24,869 nt of DNA from a virus (IMGVR_UViG_3300016667_000085:1-24869); one strand, 5' to 3'; counted from the first letter of the stretch, positions 7,767 through 17,440 are shown. The notes: generated by a model not told the origin, from the letters alone. Made by a program: numbers and translations.

Positions 7767-7791
7767 ATGGGGGCGCATCGCCCCCATTTTT
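7767..7791 (+). terminator. Rho-independent terminator
   Basis: ATGGGGGCG-cat-CGCCCCCAT plus T-run. Confidence 0.85.
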
Positions 7792-7805
7792 AATGGAAGA
7801 TTATT

Positions 7806-8111
7806 ATGCAAGGTGAACTTAGAATTTTGAAATTGGCTACTGGCGAAGAAATTGTAGGCAATGTCGTGGAAAAAAATGGTATAGCATATCGCATCGAGAA
7901 CCCATGTGTGTTGGGTATCATGATGGGACCTAATGGCAAAGCAAATCTCCAAATGCAACCAATGCTCATTTTCTCTGAACAGAAAGTGGTAGAACTCAAT
8001 CGTTCTCACATTGTTTATGACGTAACAGTTGCAATTGAGATTCAAAACAAGTATAATGAGATTTACGGTTCAGGAATTGTCCTGCCAAAGACTCAGGGTA
8101 TTATTAGTTAA
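7806..8111 (+). CDS. conserved T4-like hypothetical protein, Sm-like beta fold
   Basis: ILKLATGEEIVG...IENP...YNEIYGSGIVLP pattern; usual position immediately before gp43 in environmental T4-like phages. Confidence 0.7.
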   Translation: MQGELRILKLATGEEIVGNVVEKNGIAYRIENPCVLGIMMGPNGKANLQMQPMLIFSEQKVVELNRSHIVYDVTVAIEIQNKYNEIYGSGIVLPKTQGIIS

Positions 8112-10603
8112 TGAAATTTTACACACACTTTACACGCATCGGCAACACAATTGCGGTGCGTGGTTATCGTAATGGTAAGAGGTTTGCAGAGAAAGCAGAA
8201 TACAATCCAACATTGTATATGCCTTCTCGCACACCGACAGATTATCGCACTCTGGAAGGTCAGTACGTTGCGGCTGTTCAACAGGGAACAATGCGTGACG
8301 CAACAGAATTCATCAAGCAGTATGAAGACGTAGGCAACTTTAAAATCTACGGCTCTACAAACTTTCCATACGTTTACATCAACGAAGCATATCAAGGTAA
8401 ACTTGACTATGACCCATCGCTGATTAAAGTTGCTAACATCGATATTGAGGTGGGTTCAGAAAATGGCTTTCCTGAACCTGAACACGCAAACGAACCAATC
8501 ACTGCCATCACGTATAAACTTGATGGACACTTTTATGTGTTTGGTTGTGGTGACTTCAATAACTATCGTGATGATGTAACGTATCACAAATGCCGTGATG
8601 AGAATCAACTCATCATGAAGTTTCTCGAAATGTGGGAAACAAACTATCCAGATATTGTGACTGGCTGGAACATTCAGTTCTTTGATATTCCCTATATCTA
8701 CAATCGTATTACCAAACTCATGGGCGACAACACTTCAAAGCGTTTGTCTCCATGGCGCAAGATTGGTGAGCGTACAACTACAATTCATAACAAACAACAG
8801 ACAGCGTTTGACCTTGTTGGCATTGCTGTTCTTGACTATATTGAATTGTACAAAAAATTTACGTATTCGCAACAAGAGAACTATCGCCTTGACACAATCG
8901 CAACGATTGAACTTGGCGAGAAGAAAATCGATTACAGCGAATTCGAAAACTTGCATCAACTCTATAGACTGGACTTTCAAAAGTTTATTGAGTATAACAT
9001 CCATGACGTTGAACTTGTTGACAGACTTGAAGACAAGATGAAATTGATTGAAATGGCGATGGCACTTGCATATGACGCAAAGGTTAACTTCACCGATGTG
9101 TTTACTCAAGTGCGTATGTGGGATACGTTGATTCACAATCACTTGATGGACAAGAACATCGTAGTACCGCAGAATGAAACGTCAAGCAAAGATGCACAGT
9201 ATGCTGGCGCTTATGTGAAAGAACCTAAGCCTGGCAAATACAAATGGGTCGTATCGTTCGACTTGAATAGTCTGTATCCGCATTTGATTATGCAATACAA
9301 TGTTTCGCCTGACACATTCGTTGATGGTAAATTTACAAACATCACAGTAGACCAACTACTTGATGGTGAGTATGAACCTGATAATGAATACTGTATGGCT
9401 GCCAATGGTCATTACTTCCGCCGTGACAAGCAAGGCTTCTTGCCTGAAATGATGGAGACGATGTACAATGACCGTTCGCTATACAAAAAGAAAATGATTG
9501 AATGTCAGAAACAACTTGAACAGACTAAAGACAAGGCAGAACGTTTCGAAATTGAAAAACAAATCTCTAAGTACAAGAATCTGCAACTCGCAAAGAAAGT
9601 GCAACTGAACTCCGCTTATGGTGCACTTGGTAATCAATACTTCAGATTCTTTGATATTCGACAAGCGGAAGCAATCACTCTGTCGGGACAACTTAGTATT
9701 CGATGGATTGAAAAGAAAATTAATTCATACCTTAACAAGACATTGAAAACAAATGAAGTTGACTACATTATTGCGTCAGACACGGACTCTATATACGTTA
9801 ATCTCGGTCCGTTGGTTGATTTGGTCTACGGACAGAAGAATATTGAAGAAGAGAAAATTGTTGATTTCCTTGACAAATCATGCCAAGAAAAATTCGAACC
9901 ATTCATCGACAAATCATACCAACAACTAGCAGACTATATGAATGCGTTTCAGCAGAAGATGCAAATGAAACGTGAAGTCATTGCAAGCACTGGCATCTGG
10001 ACTGCCAAGAAGCGTTATGTGTTGAACGTATTCGATTCTGAAGGTGTTCGCTTTGCCGAACCAAAACTCAAGATGATGGGTATCGAAGCAGTTAAGTCTT
10101 CCACACCAATGGTGTGCCGTGACAAGATTAAAGAAGCGTTGAAAGTTGTGATGAAAGGTACGGAAGATGACTTCCAAACATTCATTTCAAAGTTTCGTGA
10201 TGAATTCTATAAACTGCCATTCGAAGATGTTGCTTTTCCAAGAGGCATTTCTGAGTTGAATAAATACGTAAGCAGTTCGGACTTATATCAAAAAGGCACA
10301 CCCATTCACGTGCGTGGTGCTATCATGTTCAATAATATGTTGAACAAGAAAAAACTAACAAAGAAATATCAACTCGTCAAAGATGGCGATAAGATTAAGT
10401 TTTGTTATATGAAGATGCCGAACCCATTGCAAGAGAACGTGTTATCTGTCCTCAGTGTGTTGCCCAAAGAGTTTGATTTGGAAAAGTATATTGACTATGA
10501 AACTCAATTCGAAAAGGCATACGTAGAACCATTGCGTATCATTGTGAACACATTTGGATGGAACACAGAGAAGAAATCAACATTGGAGAGTTTCTTTACA
10601 TGA
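8111..10603 (+). CDS. gp43: family B DNA polymerase (T4 gp43)
   Basis: Exonuclease motifs DIEV, TGWNIQFFD, YNIHDV; polymerase motifs SFDLNSLYP, KKVQLNSAYGALGN, ASDTDS; C-terminal clamp-binding TLESFF. Confidence 0.97.
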   Translation: MKFYTHFTRIGNTIAVRGYRNGKRFAEKAEYNPTLYMPSRTPTDYRTLEGQYVAAVQQGTMRDATEFIKQYEDVGNFKIYGSTNFPYVYINEAYQGKLDYDPSLIKVANIDIEVGSENGFPEPEHANEPITAITYKLDGHFYVFGCGDFNNYRDDVTYHKCRDENQLIMKFLEMWETNYPDIVTGWNIQFFDIPYIYNRITKLMGDNTSKRLSPWRKIGERTTTIHNKQQTAFDLVGIAVLDYIELYKKFTYSQQENYRLDTIATIELGEKKIDYSEFENLHQLYRLDFQKFIEYNIHDVELVDRLEDKMKLIEMAMALAYDAKVNFTDVFTQVRMWDTLIHNHLMDKNIVVPQNETSSKDAQYAGAYVKEPKPGKYKWVVSFDLNSLYPHLIMQYNVSPDTFVDGKFTNITVDQLLDGEYEPDNEYCMAANGHYFRRDKQGFLPEMMETMYNDRSLYKKKMIECQKQLEQTKDKAERFEIEKQISKYKNLQLAKKVQLNSAYGALGNQYFRFFDIRQAEAITLSGQLSIRWIEKKINSYLNKTLKTNEVDYIIASDTDSIYVNLGPLVDLVYGQKNIEEEKIVDFLDKSCQEKFEPFIDKSYQQLADYMNAFQQKMQMKREVIASTGIWTAKKRYVLNVFDSEGVRFAEPKLKMMGIEAVKSSTPMVCRDKIKEALKVVMKGTEDDFQTFISKFRDEFYKLPFEDVAFPRGISELNKYVSSSDLYQKGTPIHVRGAIMFNNMLNKKKLTKKYQLVKDGDKIKFCYMKMPNPLQENVLSVLSVLPKEFDLEKYIDYETQFEKAYVEPLRIIVNTFGWNTEKKSTLESFFT

Positions 10604-11004
10604 CAAATATTCCATCAGAATACTTAGCGTTTAGACAGCAGGATGATTTTGGCTTTAGTGCCGTTGATGAATCTGCTGTCAATCGTCAAGTAGACCCAAA
10701 CACATTAGAAGAGACAATTATTGTCAAAGAGACAATTACAGAATCTTCTGAATCACTAAAGCGTGTCGAAGAAAAATTAGACACAATTTTACAACTATAC
10801 AACGATGGCAAGTTAGGACTTGATGCAGAGCGTGAGAAATTACGCACTGAGGTTACAGCAAACCTAAAAGAACTTGAAGTTTTAATCATGCCATTACTTG
10901 TCAACTTGATGAAGAATCCAGAGAAAGAATATATCTACTGGCCTAATCGTAAAGATAAAGTTCAGGAACAAATTGACAAGGTACTGAAGTTGACAAGAGG
11001 TTAA
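10600..11004 (+). CDS. hypothetical protein
   Basis: Likely start at ATG 10600 overlapping the gp43 stop, with GGAG SD; DDFGFSAVDE and LLVNLMKNPEKEYIYWPNR motifs. Confidence 0.7.
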   Translation: MTNIPSEYLAFRQQDDFGFSAVDESAVNRQVDPNTLEETIIVKETITESSESLKRVEEKLDTILQLYNDGKLGLDAEREKLRTEVTANLKELEVLIMPLLVNLMKNPEKEYIYWPNRKDKVQEQIDKVLKLTRG

Positions 11005-11005
11005 T

Positions 11006-11917
11006 ATGTTCACAGCAATATTAACTCTTGCATCAGCATTAGCGTTATCAGCAATCGCCGCATACTATTCTGTAGTCGGCTTGATTGCAATCTTTGCGGC
11101 GGCTCCAATTCCTATCGCTATCATGGGCGGGTCATTGGAAGCCGCTAAACTTGTTGTTGCATCTTGGTTGTATAAGAACTGGAACAACGCACCTCGCCTA
11201 CTGAAATACTATTTCACCACTGCCGTTGTCATTCTAATGATTATCACATCATTAGGTATTTTTGGTTATCTTTCGAAAGCACACTTAGACCAAGCAATGG
11301 TATCTGGTGATGCATCTGCAAAGTTGGAGATTATTGATGAAAAGATTAGAGTCGCAAAAGAAAACATTGCAGTCGAACGCAAGGCTCTTAAACAAATGGA
11401 TGAGGGGGTGGACCAAACTCTGGCACGAACTAATTCAGAAACGGGTGCCGACAAGGCGGCAAGGTTGCGTAGGGCGCAACAAGGTGAACGTCAAAGGGCG
11501 TTGGCTAACATCGAAGCCGAACAGAAAAGAGTGTCTGCACTTGTTGAAGAGCGTATCCCTCTTGCCACGGAGGTAAGAAAAGTTGAAGCGGAAGTTGGTC
11601 CGTTAAAGTATATCGCAGAATTAATTTATGGGAGAGACAATGCGGAAGAACATTTTGATAATGCTGTTAGGTTCGTTATTATTCTGCTTGTTATGGTCTT
11701 TGACCCTCTCGCCGTATTACTTATCATCGCTGGCAACTATTCACTAAAGCAAGAGCGTGATAAACGAAACCCACCAACTCTATTTTCCGAAGCACCTTTG
11801 CGAAAGAAATATACCAAACGCAAAGTAGATGTGACTGGTATGGAGCCTGTAGCAATGGACAAGAATGAAGTGGTAAACGCAACGAATCTATATCACCGAG
11901 ACCAAGATTCGATGTAA
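11006..11917 (+). CDS. membrane protein with about 3 N-terminal TM helices, a long coiled coil and a C-terminal TM helix
   Basis: Hydrophobic segments in aa 1-90 and about 220-245 flank a heptad-rich charged region; GAGG SD. Confidence 0.75.
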   Translation: MFTAILTLASALALSAIAAYYSVVGLIAIFAAAPIPIAIMGGSLEAAKLVVASWLYKNWNNAPRLLKYYFTTAVVILMIITSLGIFGYLSKAHLDQAMVSGDASAKLEIIDEKIRVAKENIAVERKALKQMDEGVDQTLARTNSETGADKAARLRRAQQGERQRALANIEAEQKRVSALVEERIPLATEVRKVEAEVGPLKYIAELIYGRDNAEEHFDNAVRFVIILLVMVFDPLAVLLIIAGNYSLKQERDKRNPPTLFSEAPLRKKYTKRKVDVTGMEPVAMDKNEVVNATNLYHRDQDSM

Positions 11918-11947
11918 TTGACTTTGATACATAATTTGTGTTACAAT
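11918..11947 (+). promoter_or_regulatory. sigma70-type promoter for uvsX
   Basis: TTGACT (11918-11923), 18 bp, TG-n-TACAAT (11942-11947). Confidence 0.6.
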
Positions 11948-11974
11948 TGTGTATCTTTAATATGGAGATAATTT

Positions 11975-13036
11975 ATGAGTAATTTTTTCAATGATTTGGT
12001 TAATCAACTAAAAGACGAAGACACCAAAATTCTTTCTGAGGGTGGTGCATCTGCTGAGTATAGTGGGTGCATTGATACTGGTTCATACGCATTGAATGCT
12101 GTTCTATCAGGTAGCATCTATGGTGGTGTGCCTAATAACAAAGTGACTGCATTCGCTGGCGAATCGTCAACTGGTAAAACATTCTTTGTGCTTGGTATTG
12201 TAAAGCAATTCCTTGACGCAAATCCTGAAGGCGGTGTTATCTACTTTGACACAGAAGCCGCTGTCACAAAACATATGATGGAATCACGTGGCGTAGATAC
12301 TTCACGTGTTGTTATCTCTGAACCAGATACGATTCAGAAGTTCCGTCATACAGCATTGCAAATCATCGAGAAGTATCAAGCGCAACCAGAAGCGAAGCGC
12401 AAGCCAATGATTATGGTTCTAGATTCTCTCGGTCAGTTGTCTTCTACTAAAGAAATGGAAGATACCGCTGAAGGCAAAGAAACAAAAGACATGACTAAGA
12501 GTGCTACGTTGAAAGCAACGTTCCGTGTTCTTAACTTGAAACTTGCGAAGATTGGTGTGCCTTTGCTTGTCACGAATCACGTGTATGACGTTGTTGGTGC
12601 TTACATTCCAACAAAAGAAATGTCTGGTGGTTCTGGCTTGAAGTACACTGCATCCACAATCGTTTATTTGTCTAAGCGTAAAGATAAAGATGGTACTGAA
12701 GTTGTTGGTAACATCGTAAAAGTCAAACTGCAAAAGTCACGTTTGACAAAAGAGAACTCTGTTGTTGAAGTTAAGATTACTTACAGCAAAGGTCTTGACA
12801 GGTACTATGGCTTGCTTGAGATTGCAGAGAAGTATGGCATCATCAAGAAAGTTTCTACACGATATGAATTGTCTAATGGCGTAAAGGTCTTTGGTAAGAA
12901 CATCAACGAAGAACCTGAAAAGTATTTCACGCAAGATATTCTCGACCAGATTGATGAAGCGTGTAAGAAAGAATTCTTGTATGGACAAGACACTGCCGAG
13001 TTTGTTGAAGAGGAACATGAAGATGTTGATGGATAA
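11975..13036 (+). CDS. uvsX: RecA-like recombinase UvsX
   Basis: [19 protein letters not shown] Walker [21 protein letters not shown]. Confidence 0.95.
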   Translation: MSNFFNDLVNQLKDEDTKILSEGGASAEYSGCIDTGSYALNAVLSGSIYGGVPNNKVTAFAGESSTGKTFFVLGIVKQFLDANPEGGVIYFDTEAAVTKHMMESRGVDTSRVVISEPDTIQKFRHTALQIIEKYQAQPEAKRKPMIMVLDSLGQLSSTKEMEDTAEGKETKDMTKSATLKATFRVLNLKLAKIGVPLLVTNHVYDVVGAYIPTKEMSGGSGLKYTASTIVYLSKRKDKDGTEVVGNIVKVKLQKSRLTKENSVVEVKITYSKGLDRYYGLLEIAEKYGIIKKVSTRYELSNGVKVFGKNINEEPEKYFTQDILDQIDEACKKEFLYGQDTAEFVEEEHEDVDG

Positions 13037-13349
13037 AGACTATCACATCACACCAACAGATGTTAGGTATCTTGACAAAGATGTAGTGGCAACTGTAATG
13101 ATTGACACCGGTGAGTTTGCTGGTGTTGAATATCACTACGGTTCAATTCATGTAAATGAAGAGGAAAACCCCGATGGCACTTTGACTATGGGATTCGATT
13201 ATGATATAATCAGCGAAGAGCATAAACATCTAAAGGGCGATGAACAATTTGAATCTATCATAGGTGTTGTGCTAAATGACATTTTGATGAAATCACTAGA
13301 AGCCGCTGAGAGAAAATATAAAGATGAACTTGGAACAAAAAATCCTTAA
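13017..13349 (+). CDS. hypothetical protein in the T4 gp40 position
   Basis: ATG 13017 after GAGGA; lies between uvsX and gp41 as T4 gene 40 does; homology not verified. Confidence 0.6.
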   Translation: MKMLMDKDYHITPTDVRYLDKDVVATVMIDTGEFAGVEYHYGSIHVNEEENPDGTLTMGFDYDIISEEHKHLKGDEQFESIIGVVLNDILMKSLEAAERKYKDELGTKNP

Positions 13350-14730
13350 ACATTTGATTTATGATGAAGAATATGTAAGAAAGACTCTGCCTTTTATCAG
13401 GGCAGAATACTTTCAAGATTCTTCAGAAAAAGTCGTGTTTGAGCATATTCGTGACTATGTTACGAAGTACAATACTCTAGCAACTAGAGAAGCGTTGGTC
13501 ATTGAAGTTGACAAGAAAATCAACTTGAGCGATGAACAACATAAGAAAACTATTAAACTAATTGATGAGATTACACAAGATGGCGAAGTCTCTGATTCCA
13601 AATGGCTCGTTGATGCTACAGAAAATTTCTGTCAAGAGAAAGCGATTTACAACGGCATCATGCAATCTATTCAAATCTTGGATAACAAAGGTGGCAACAA
13701 AACGGGACTCGACAAAGGTGCCATTCCTACGATTCTTGCTGATGCCCTTGCTGTATCTTTTGACCATCACGTTGGTCATGATTTCTTAGATGACGCTGAA
13801 AGTCGTTTTGACTTCTATCACAAAGTTGAACAACGCATTCCGTTTGACCTTGATTATCTGAATCGTATCACAAAGAATGGTTTGCCTAAGAAATCTCTGA
13901 ACATTGTTCTTGCTGGCACTGGTGTTGGTAAGTCGCTGTTCATGTGTCATTGTGCGGCAGCCAATCTTACAATCGGTAAGAACGTTCTGTATATCACTTG
14001 TGAAATGGCTGAAGAACGTATTGCTGAACGTATCGATGCAAACTTGATGAACATTGAAGTTGATAGACTTGTCGGTATGCCTAAAGAAGCATACTTGAAG
14101 AAAGTTGAAAAACTCAAAGAGAAGACTACAGGCAAGTTGATTATTAAAGAGTATCCAACTGCAACCGCTAACGTGTCGCACTTCAAACACTTATTGAATG
14201 AATTGAAGTTGAAGCGTCAATTCATGCCAGATATCATCTACATTGACTATTTGAATATCTGCGCCAGCGCACGTATGAAAATGGGTGCATCTGTTAACTC
14301 GTACACATACATCAAAGCAATCGCTGAAGAGTTGCGTGGTCTTGCTGTCGAATTCAATCTGCCAATTGTTTCTGCTACACAAACTACACGTGGTGGCTAT
14401 GGTAACACAGACGTTGAGTTGACTGACACTTCAGAATCGTTTGGTCTGCCTGCAACTGCTGACTTGATGTTTGCATTGATTTCAACTGAAGAGTTGGAAG
14501 AGTTGAATCAGATTATGGTCAAGCAATTGAAGAATCGCTACAATGACCCAACCACTAATAAAAGATTCGTTATCGGTGTTGACAGAGCAAAAATGAGACT
14601 TTATGATGCTGAACAATCCGCACAGACTGATATCATGGATAGCGGTCAAGACGATGGTCCGGCGTTCGATAAGACTGATTTCGGCAAACGTGACCGAGAA
14701 ACTCGCAATTTCCGTAATTTTAAGGTATAA
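13324..14730 (+). CDS. gp41: replicative DnaB-like helicase (T4 gp41)
   Basis: LAGTGVGKS Walker A, EMAEERIAERID, IYIDYLNI, SATQTTR, SESFGLPATAD, KQLKNRY. Confidence 0.96.
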   Translation: MNLEQKILKHLIYDEEYVRKTLPFIRAEYFQDSSEKVVFEHIRDYVTKYNTLATREALVIEVDKKINLSDEQHKKTIKLIDEITQDGEVSDSKWLVDATENFCQEKAIYNGIMQSIQILDNKGGNKTGLDKGAIPTILADALAVSFDHHVGHDFLDDAESRFDFYHKVEQRIPFDLDYLNRITKNGLPKKSLNIVLAGTGVGKSLFMCHCAAANLTIGKNVLYITCEMAEERIAERIDANLMNIEVDRLVGMPKEAYLKKVEKLKEKTTGKLIIKEYPTATANVSHFKHLLNELKLKRQFMPDIIYIDYLNICASARMKMGASVNSYTYIKAIAEELRGLAVEFNLPIVSATQTTRGGYGNTDVELTDTSESFGLPATADLMFALISTEELEELNQIMVKQLKNRYNDPTTNKRFVIGVDRAKMRLYDAEQSAQTDIMDSGQDDGPAFDKTDFGKRDRETRNFRNFKV

Positions 14731-14797
14731 AACCTGTTTCATAATATGAAACGTTGATTCTCCGTGTCGCTGAAAGATGCCAAAAAATACATAGGAT

Positions 14798-14826
14798 TTG
14801 ACAGCCTCACTGGACTCTGTTATAAT
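14798..14826 (+). promoter_or_regulatory. perfect-consensus sigma70 promoter with extended -10
   Basis: TTGACA (14798-14803), 17 bp, TG-n-TATAAT (14821-14826). Confidence 0.88.
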
Positions 14827-14872
14827 AGATGTTCATTGAGTGTGTACTTTTGGCAATCTACATGGAGTTTTC

Positions 14873-15358
14873 ATGAAGGTAAGTATTACGACAAAGAACG
14901 GTGCAGTTTTGAGTCCTTTCGAAAGAAGGGTAATTAAGACTGCGGCAAATTTTTATGCAGAAACATTATTGAGTAATCGCATAACCGACAACATGGTTGT
15001 GAAGATTAATATGATTGAGGGGTATCACAAAAAGACTGGATACCTCGCCGATGTAACCCCTACGGATGACGATGAAAAACGTATGCCTAGGGAATTTGAA
15101 ATTAACATGCACAGACCAAAGCGTTTGAAGTCTATCATCTATTCTTTAGCGCATGAGTTTGTTCACGTTAAGCAATTCGCAAAGGGCGAATTAAAATATT
15201 TGTTAAACAACCGAGTAACTTTCAATCGTATGAAATATACGGATGACGGCTACTGGGATTCACCATGGGAAATTGAAGCATATGGAAAAGAACCTGGACT
15301 TTGGCAACGATTCAAACCGATTTACAAATACCTTCTCAGAGAAAACAGAAATGCTTAA
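14873..15358 (+). CDS. zincin-like metallopeptidase (HExxH)
   Basis: LAHEFVHVKQF and downstream PWEIEAY third ligand; start at ATG 14873 after GGAG. Confidence 0.78.
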   Translation: MKVSITTKNGAVLSPFERRVIKTAANFYAETLLSNRITDNMVVKINMIEGYHKKTGYLADVTPTDDDEKRMPREFEINMHRPKRLKSIIYSLAHEFVHVKQFAKGELKYLLNNRVTFNRMKYTDDGYWDSPWEIEAYGKEPGLWQRFKPIYKYLLRENRNA

Positions 15359-15644
15359 AGACAAATTAGATTTTGCACTTGCGTGGCTTGGTCAACGCAT
15401 TGGCGAAATCTGTGGATGGATTGGCTTGATTGCTATTCACGCATCCACATTACCTATCAGTTATGCCGCATACAAAGGCGAACCAGTTATTCTACCACCT
15501 TTGAGTATGGTTCTGCTAGTATGGTCTGGCTTACTCCTATTCTTCCTGAAGTCGTTTTTGACGAAAGATAAAATCTATATGGTGACGAACGGCATCGGAT
15601 TTTTTATGCAAAGCGTGGTACTTGCGCTACTTGTATTTAAATGA
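15351..15644 (+). CDS. 3-TM membrane protein, SemiSWEET/PQ-loop-like
   Basis: 97 aa from ATG 15351; GWIG...TLP helix 1, LSM...G helix 2, D...N helix 3 match the triple-helix-bundle pattern. Confidence 0.55.
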   Translation: MLKDKLDFALAWLGQRIGEICGWIGLIAIHASTLPISYAAYKGEPVILPPLSMVLLVWSGLLLFFLKSFLTKDKIYMVTNGIGFFMQSVVLALLVFK

Positions 15645-15844
15645 ACGACCCAATAGTCAGTATCAGTAGCAACTACGATTATATTCCTGGTCTTAGTAAA
15701 ATAGTACACACTATTCGAAAGCACTTTGAATATAAAATTGGTGCTGATGTTGACACGGTAGAGCATTATGTGATACAATTATACAATGAAAAAGGCAAGA
15801 TTGAAGAACACAATGTTGCCCACAAAATTGACAAATATACATGA
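15641..15844 (+). CDS. hypothetical protein
   Basis: 67-aa ORF coupled by ATGA overlaps at both ends. Confidence 0.55.
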   Translation: MNDPIVSISSNYDYIPGLSKIVHTIRKHFEYKIGADVDTVEHYVIQLYNEKGKIEEHNVAHKIDKYT

Positions 15845-16176
15845 TTATTTACTCGCACATCAAAAAGCGTAAAGCAAAAAAGCCCACGGCAAAACAACGA
15901 GAGTTGGCGGCAGAGTGGGAAGCAATTCTCAAAAAGCACGATACAAAGAAGGCGATACCCAAAGGTGTCAAAGCGTATACACCGCCTAAGCCTTACGTGC
16001 GTGAGACTGTACGCCATCCTAGTCTGAATTCGTTTGAAGGTTCTTGCACTAAGCCCATTCACGGCAAAGTGTATACTGGTAACAAGATGATTGGTATCGG
16101 TACACTACACAAATCAAATGCAGTGCCAATTTTTACGGATGAAGACGCTAAAGACCAAGCATCAATGCGCCGCTGA
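15841..16176 (+). CDS. basic hypothetical protein of T4-like phages
   Basis: Lys/Arg-rich; C-terminal VYTG..MIGIGTLHKSNAVPIF motif. Confidence 0.7.
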   Translation: MIIYSHIKKRKAKKPTAKQRELAAEWEAILKKHDTKKAIPKGVKAYTPPKPYVRETVRHPSLNSFEGSCTKPIHGKVYTGNKMIGIGTLHKSNAVPIFTDEDAKDQASMRR

Positions 16177-16177
16177 T

Positions 16178-16185
16178 TATAAATA
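16178..16185 (+). promoter_or_regulatory. T4-type late promoter
   Basis: Exact TATAAATA 25 nt upstream of ATG 16211. Confidence 0.8.
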
Positions 16186-16210
16186 GTCTATCATAACGGA
16201 TAGACTGACG

Positions 16211-17440
16211 ATGCTAAACTTTAGGAATTATATTGTAGAACAAAAAAACACGCACATGGAACATGCCGAGGACGATGTTCTCAATAATGGCGTGAACGGT
16301 GCTAGAAACGCAATCAATGCGTTACGTGCTGTGCGTGATATGCTTGCTGGACACTCTCCCAAGAAAGTCGATGTGACTGTAAAGTGGGATGGTGCTCCGG
16401 CTATTTTCGCTGGTCAAGACCCAAGTGACGGAAAGTTTTTCGTTGCAAAGAAAGGTGTCTTCAACAAGAACCCGAAAGTCTATAAAACCTTTGCAGATAT
16501 CGATGCTGACACTTCAGGTGACTTGGCAGATAAACTCAAAGCGTGTCTCATGTGGTTGCCTAAATTGAACATCAAAGGCGTGATTCAAGGCGACCTACTC
16601 TTCACTACATCCGATTTAAAGAATGTCACAATCGATGGTGAATCGTATGTTACGTTTCATCCAAACACAATCGTATATGCAGTTCCCGCAGAAAGTGAAC
16701 TTGCTAGAAGTATCAAACGTGCTAAAATTGGCATTGTATGGCATACAATTTACGAAGGCGACTCATTCGAAAACATGAAAGCAGTTTTCGGAAAAGACAT
16801 TCTATCTACACTCACACAAAACCAAAACGTATGGATGACTGATGTAAACTATCAAGACGTTTCTGGTAAAGCAACAATGACCGCAGATGAAACTGCTGAA
16901 GTGACAGCAATTCTATCTAAAGCGGGTAACACGTTTCAACAGATTGAAGCATCGGTTCTCAATGCAATCTCCGCAAACGAAGAACTATTGCAGAAAATCA
17001 AAACATTTAACAACACAAAAGTGCGTCAAAGACTACATATCAATAATGTCAACAAGCATGTTTCTGAATTAGTGGATTACATAGAAACATTCTACCAAAA
17101 AGAAATCGACAGCAAGAAAACCGAAAAGGGCAAAGTACAGGCGCAAGCCAAGAAAGAAGCCGTAACTAAATTTTTCACCGCTAAAAATAAAAAGCAATTA
17201 GAGCATATCTTCACCCTAATGAACTTGCTTGTTGACGCCAAATTAATTCTAGTCAAAAAACTAGATGAAGTAAAAAAACTAGACACATTCTTGTTAACAA
17301 AGAATGGATATCAAGTAACTGGAGTTGAGGGCTACGTTGCGATTGACCACTTGAGTGGTAATGCAGTGAAACTTGTTGATAGAATGCAATTTAGTTACGC
17401 AAACTTCTCAGACGAAATCGTGAAAGGCTGGCAACGATAA
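16211..17440 (+). CDS. ligase-like covalent nucleotidyltransferase-fold protein (DUF6267-like)
   Basis: TVKWDG (motif I KxDG), QGDLLF (III), VEGYVA (IV), VKLV (V); N-terminus MLNFRNYIVE resembles a capsid-targeting sequence. Confidence 0.65.
   Translation: MLNFRNYIVEQKNTHMEHAEDDVLNNGVNGARNAINALRAVRDMLAGHSPKKVDVTVKWDGAPAIFAGQDPSDGKFFVAKKGVFNKNPKVYKTFADIDADTSGDLADKLKACLMWLPKLNIKGVIQGDLLFTTSDLKNVTIDGESYVTFHPNTIVYAVPAESELARSIKRAKIGIVWHTIYEGDSFENMKAVFGKDILSTLTQNQNVWMTDVNYQDVSGKATMTADETAEVTAILSKAGNTFQQIEASVLNAISANEELLQKIKTFNNTKVRQRLHINNVNKHVSELVDYIETFYQKEIDSKKTEKGKVQAQAKKEAVTKFFTAKNKKQLEHIFTLMNLLVDAKLILVKKLDEVKKLDTFLLTKNGYQVTGVEGYVAIDHLSGNAVKLVDRMQFSYANFSDEIVKGWQR

Noticed and set aside
8111-14730. 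Introns or inteins in gp43, uvsX or gp41
   Set aside because: All three are uninterrupted and of normal length, with no intein boundary motifs.
15828-15856. TTGACA before the 15841 gene
   Set aside because: No -10 hexamer at 16-18 bp spacing.
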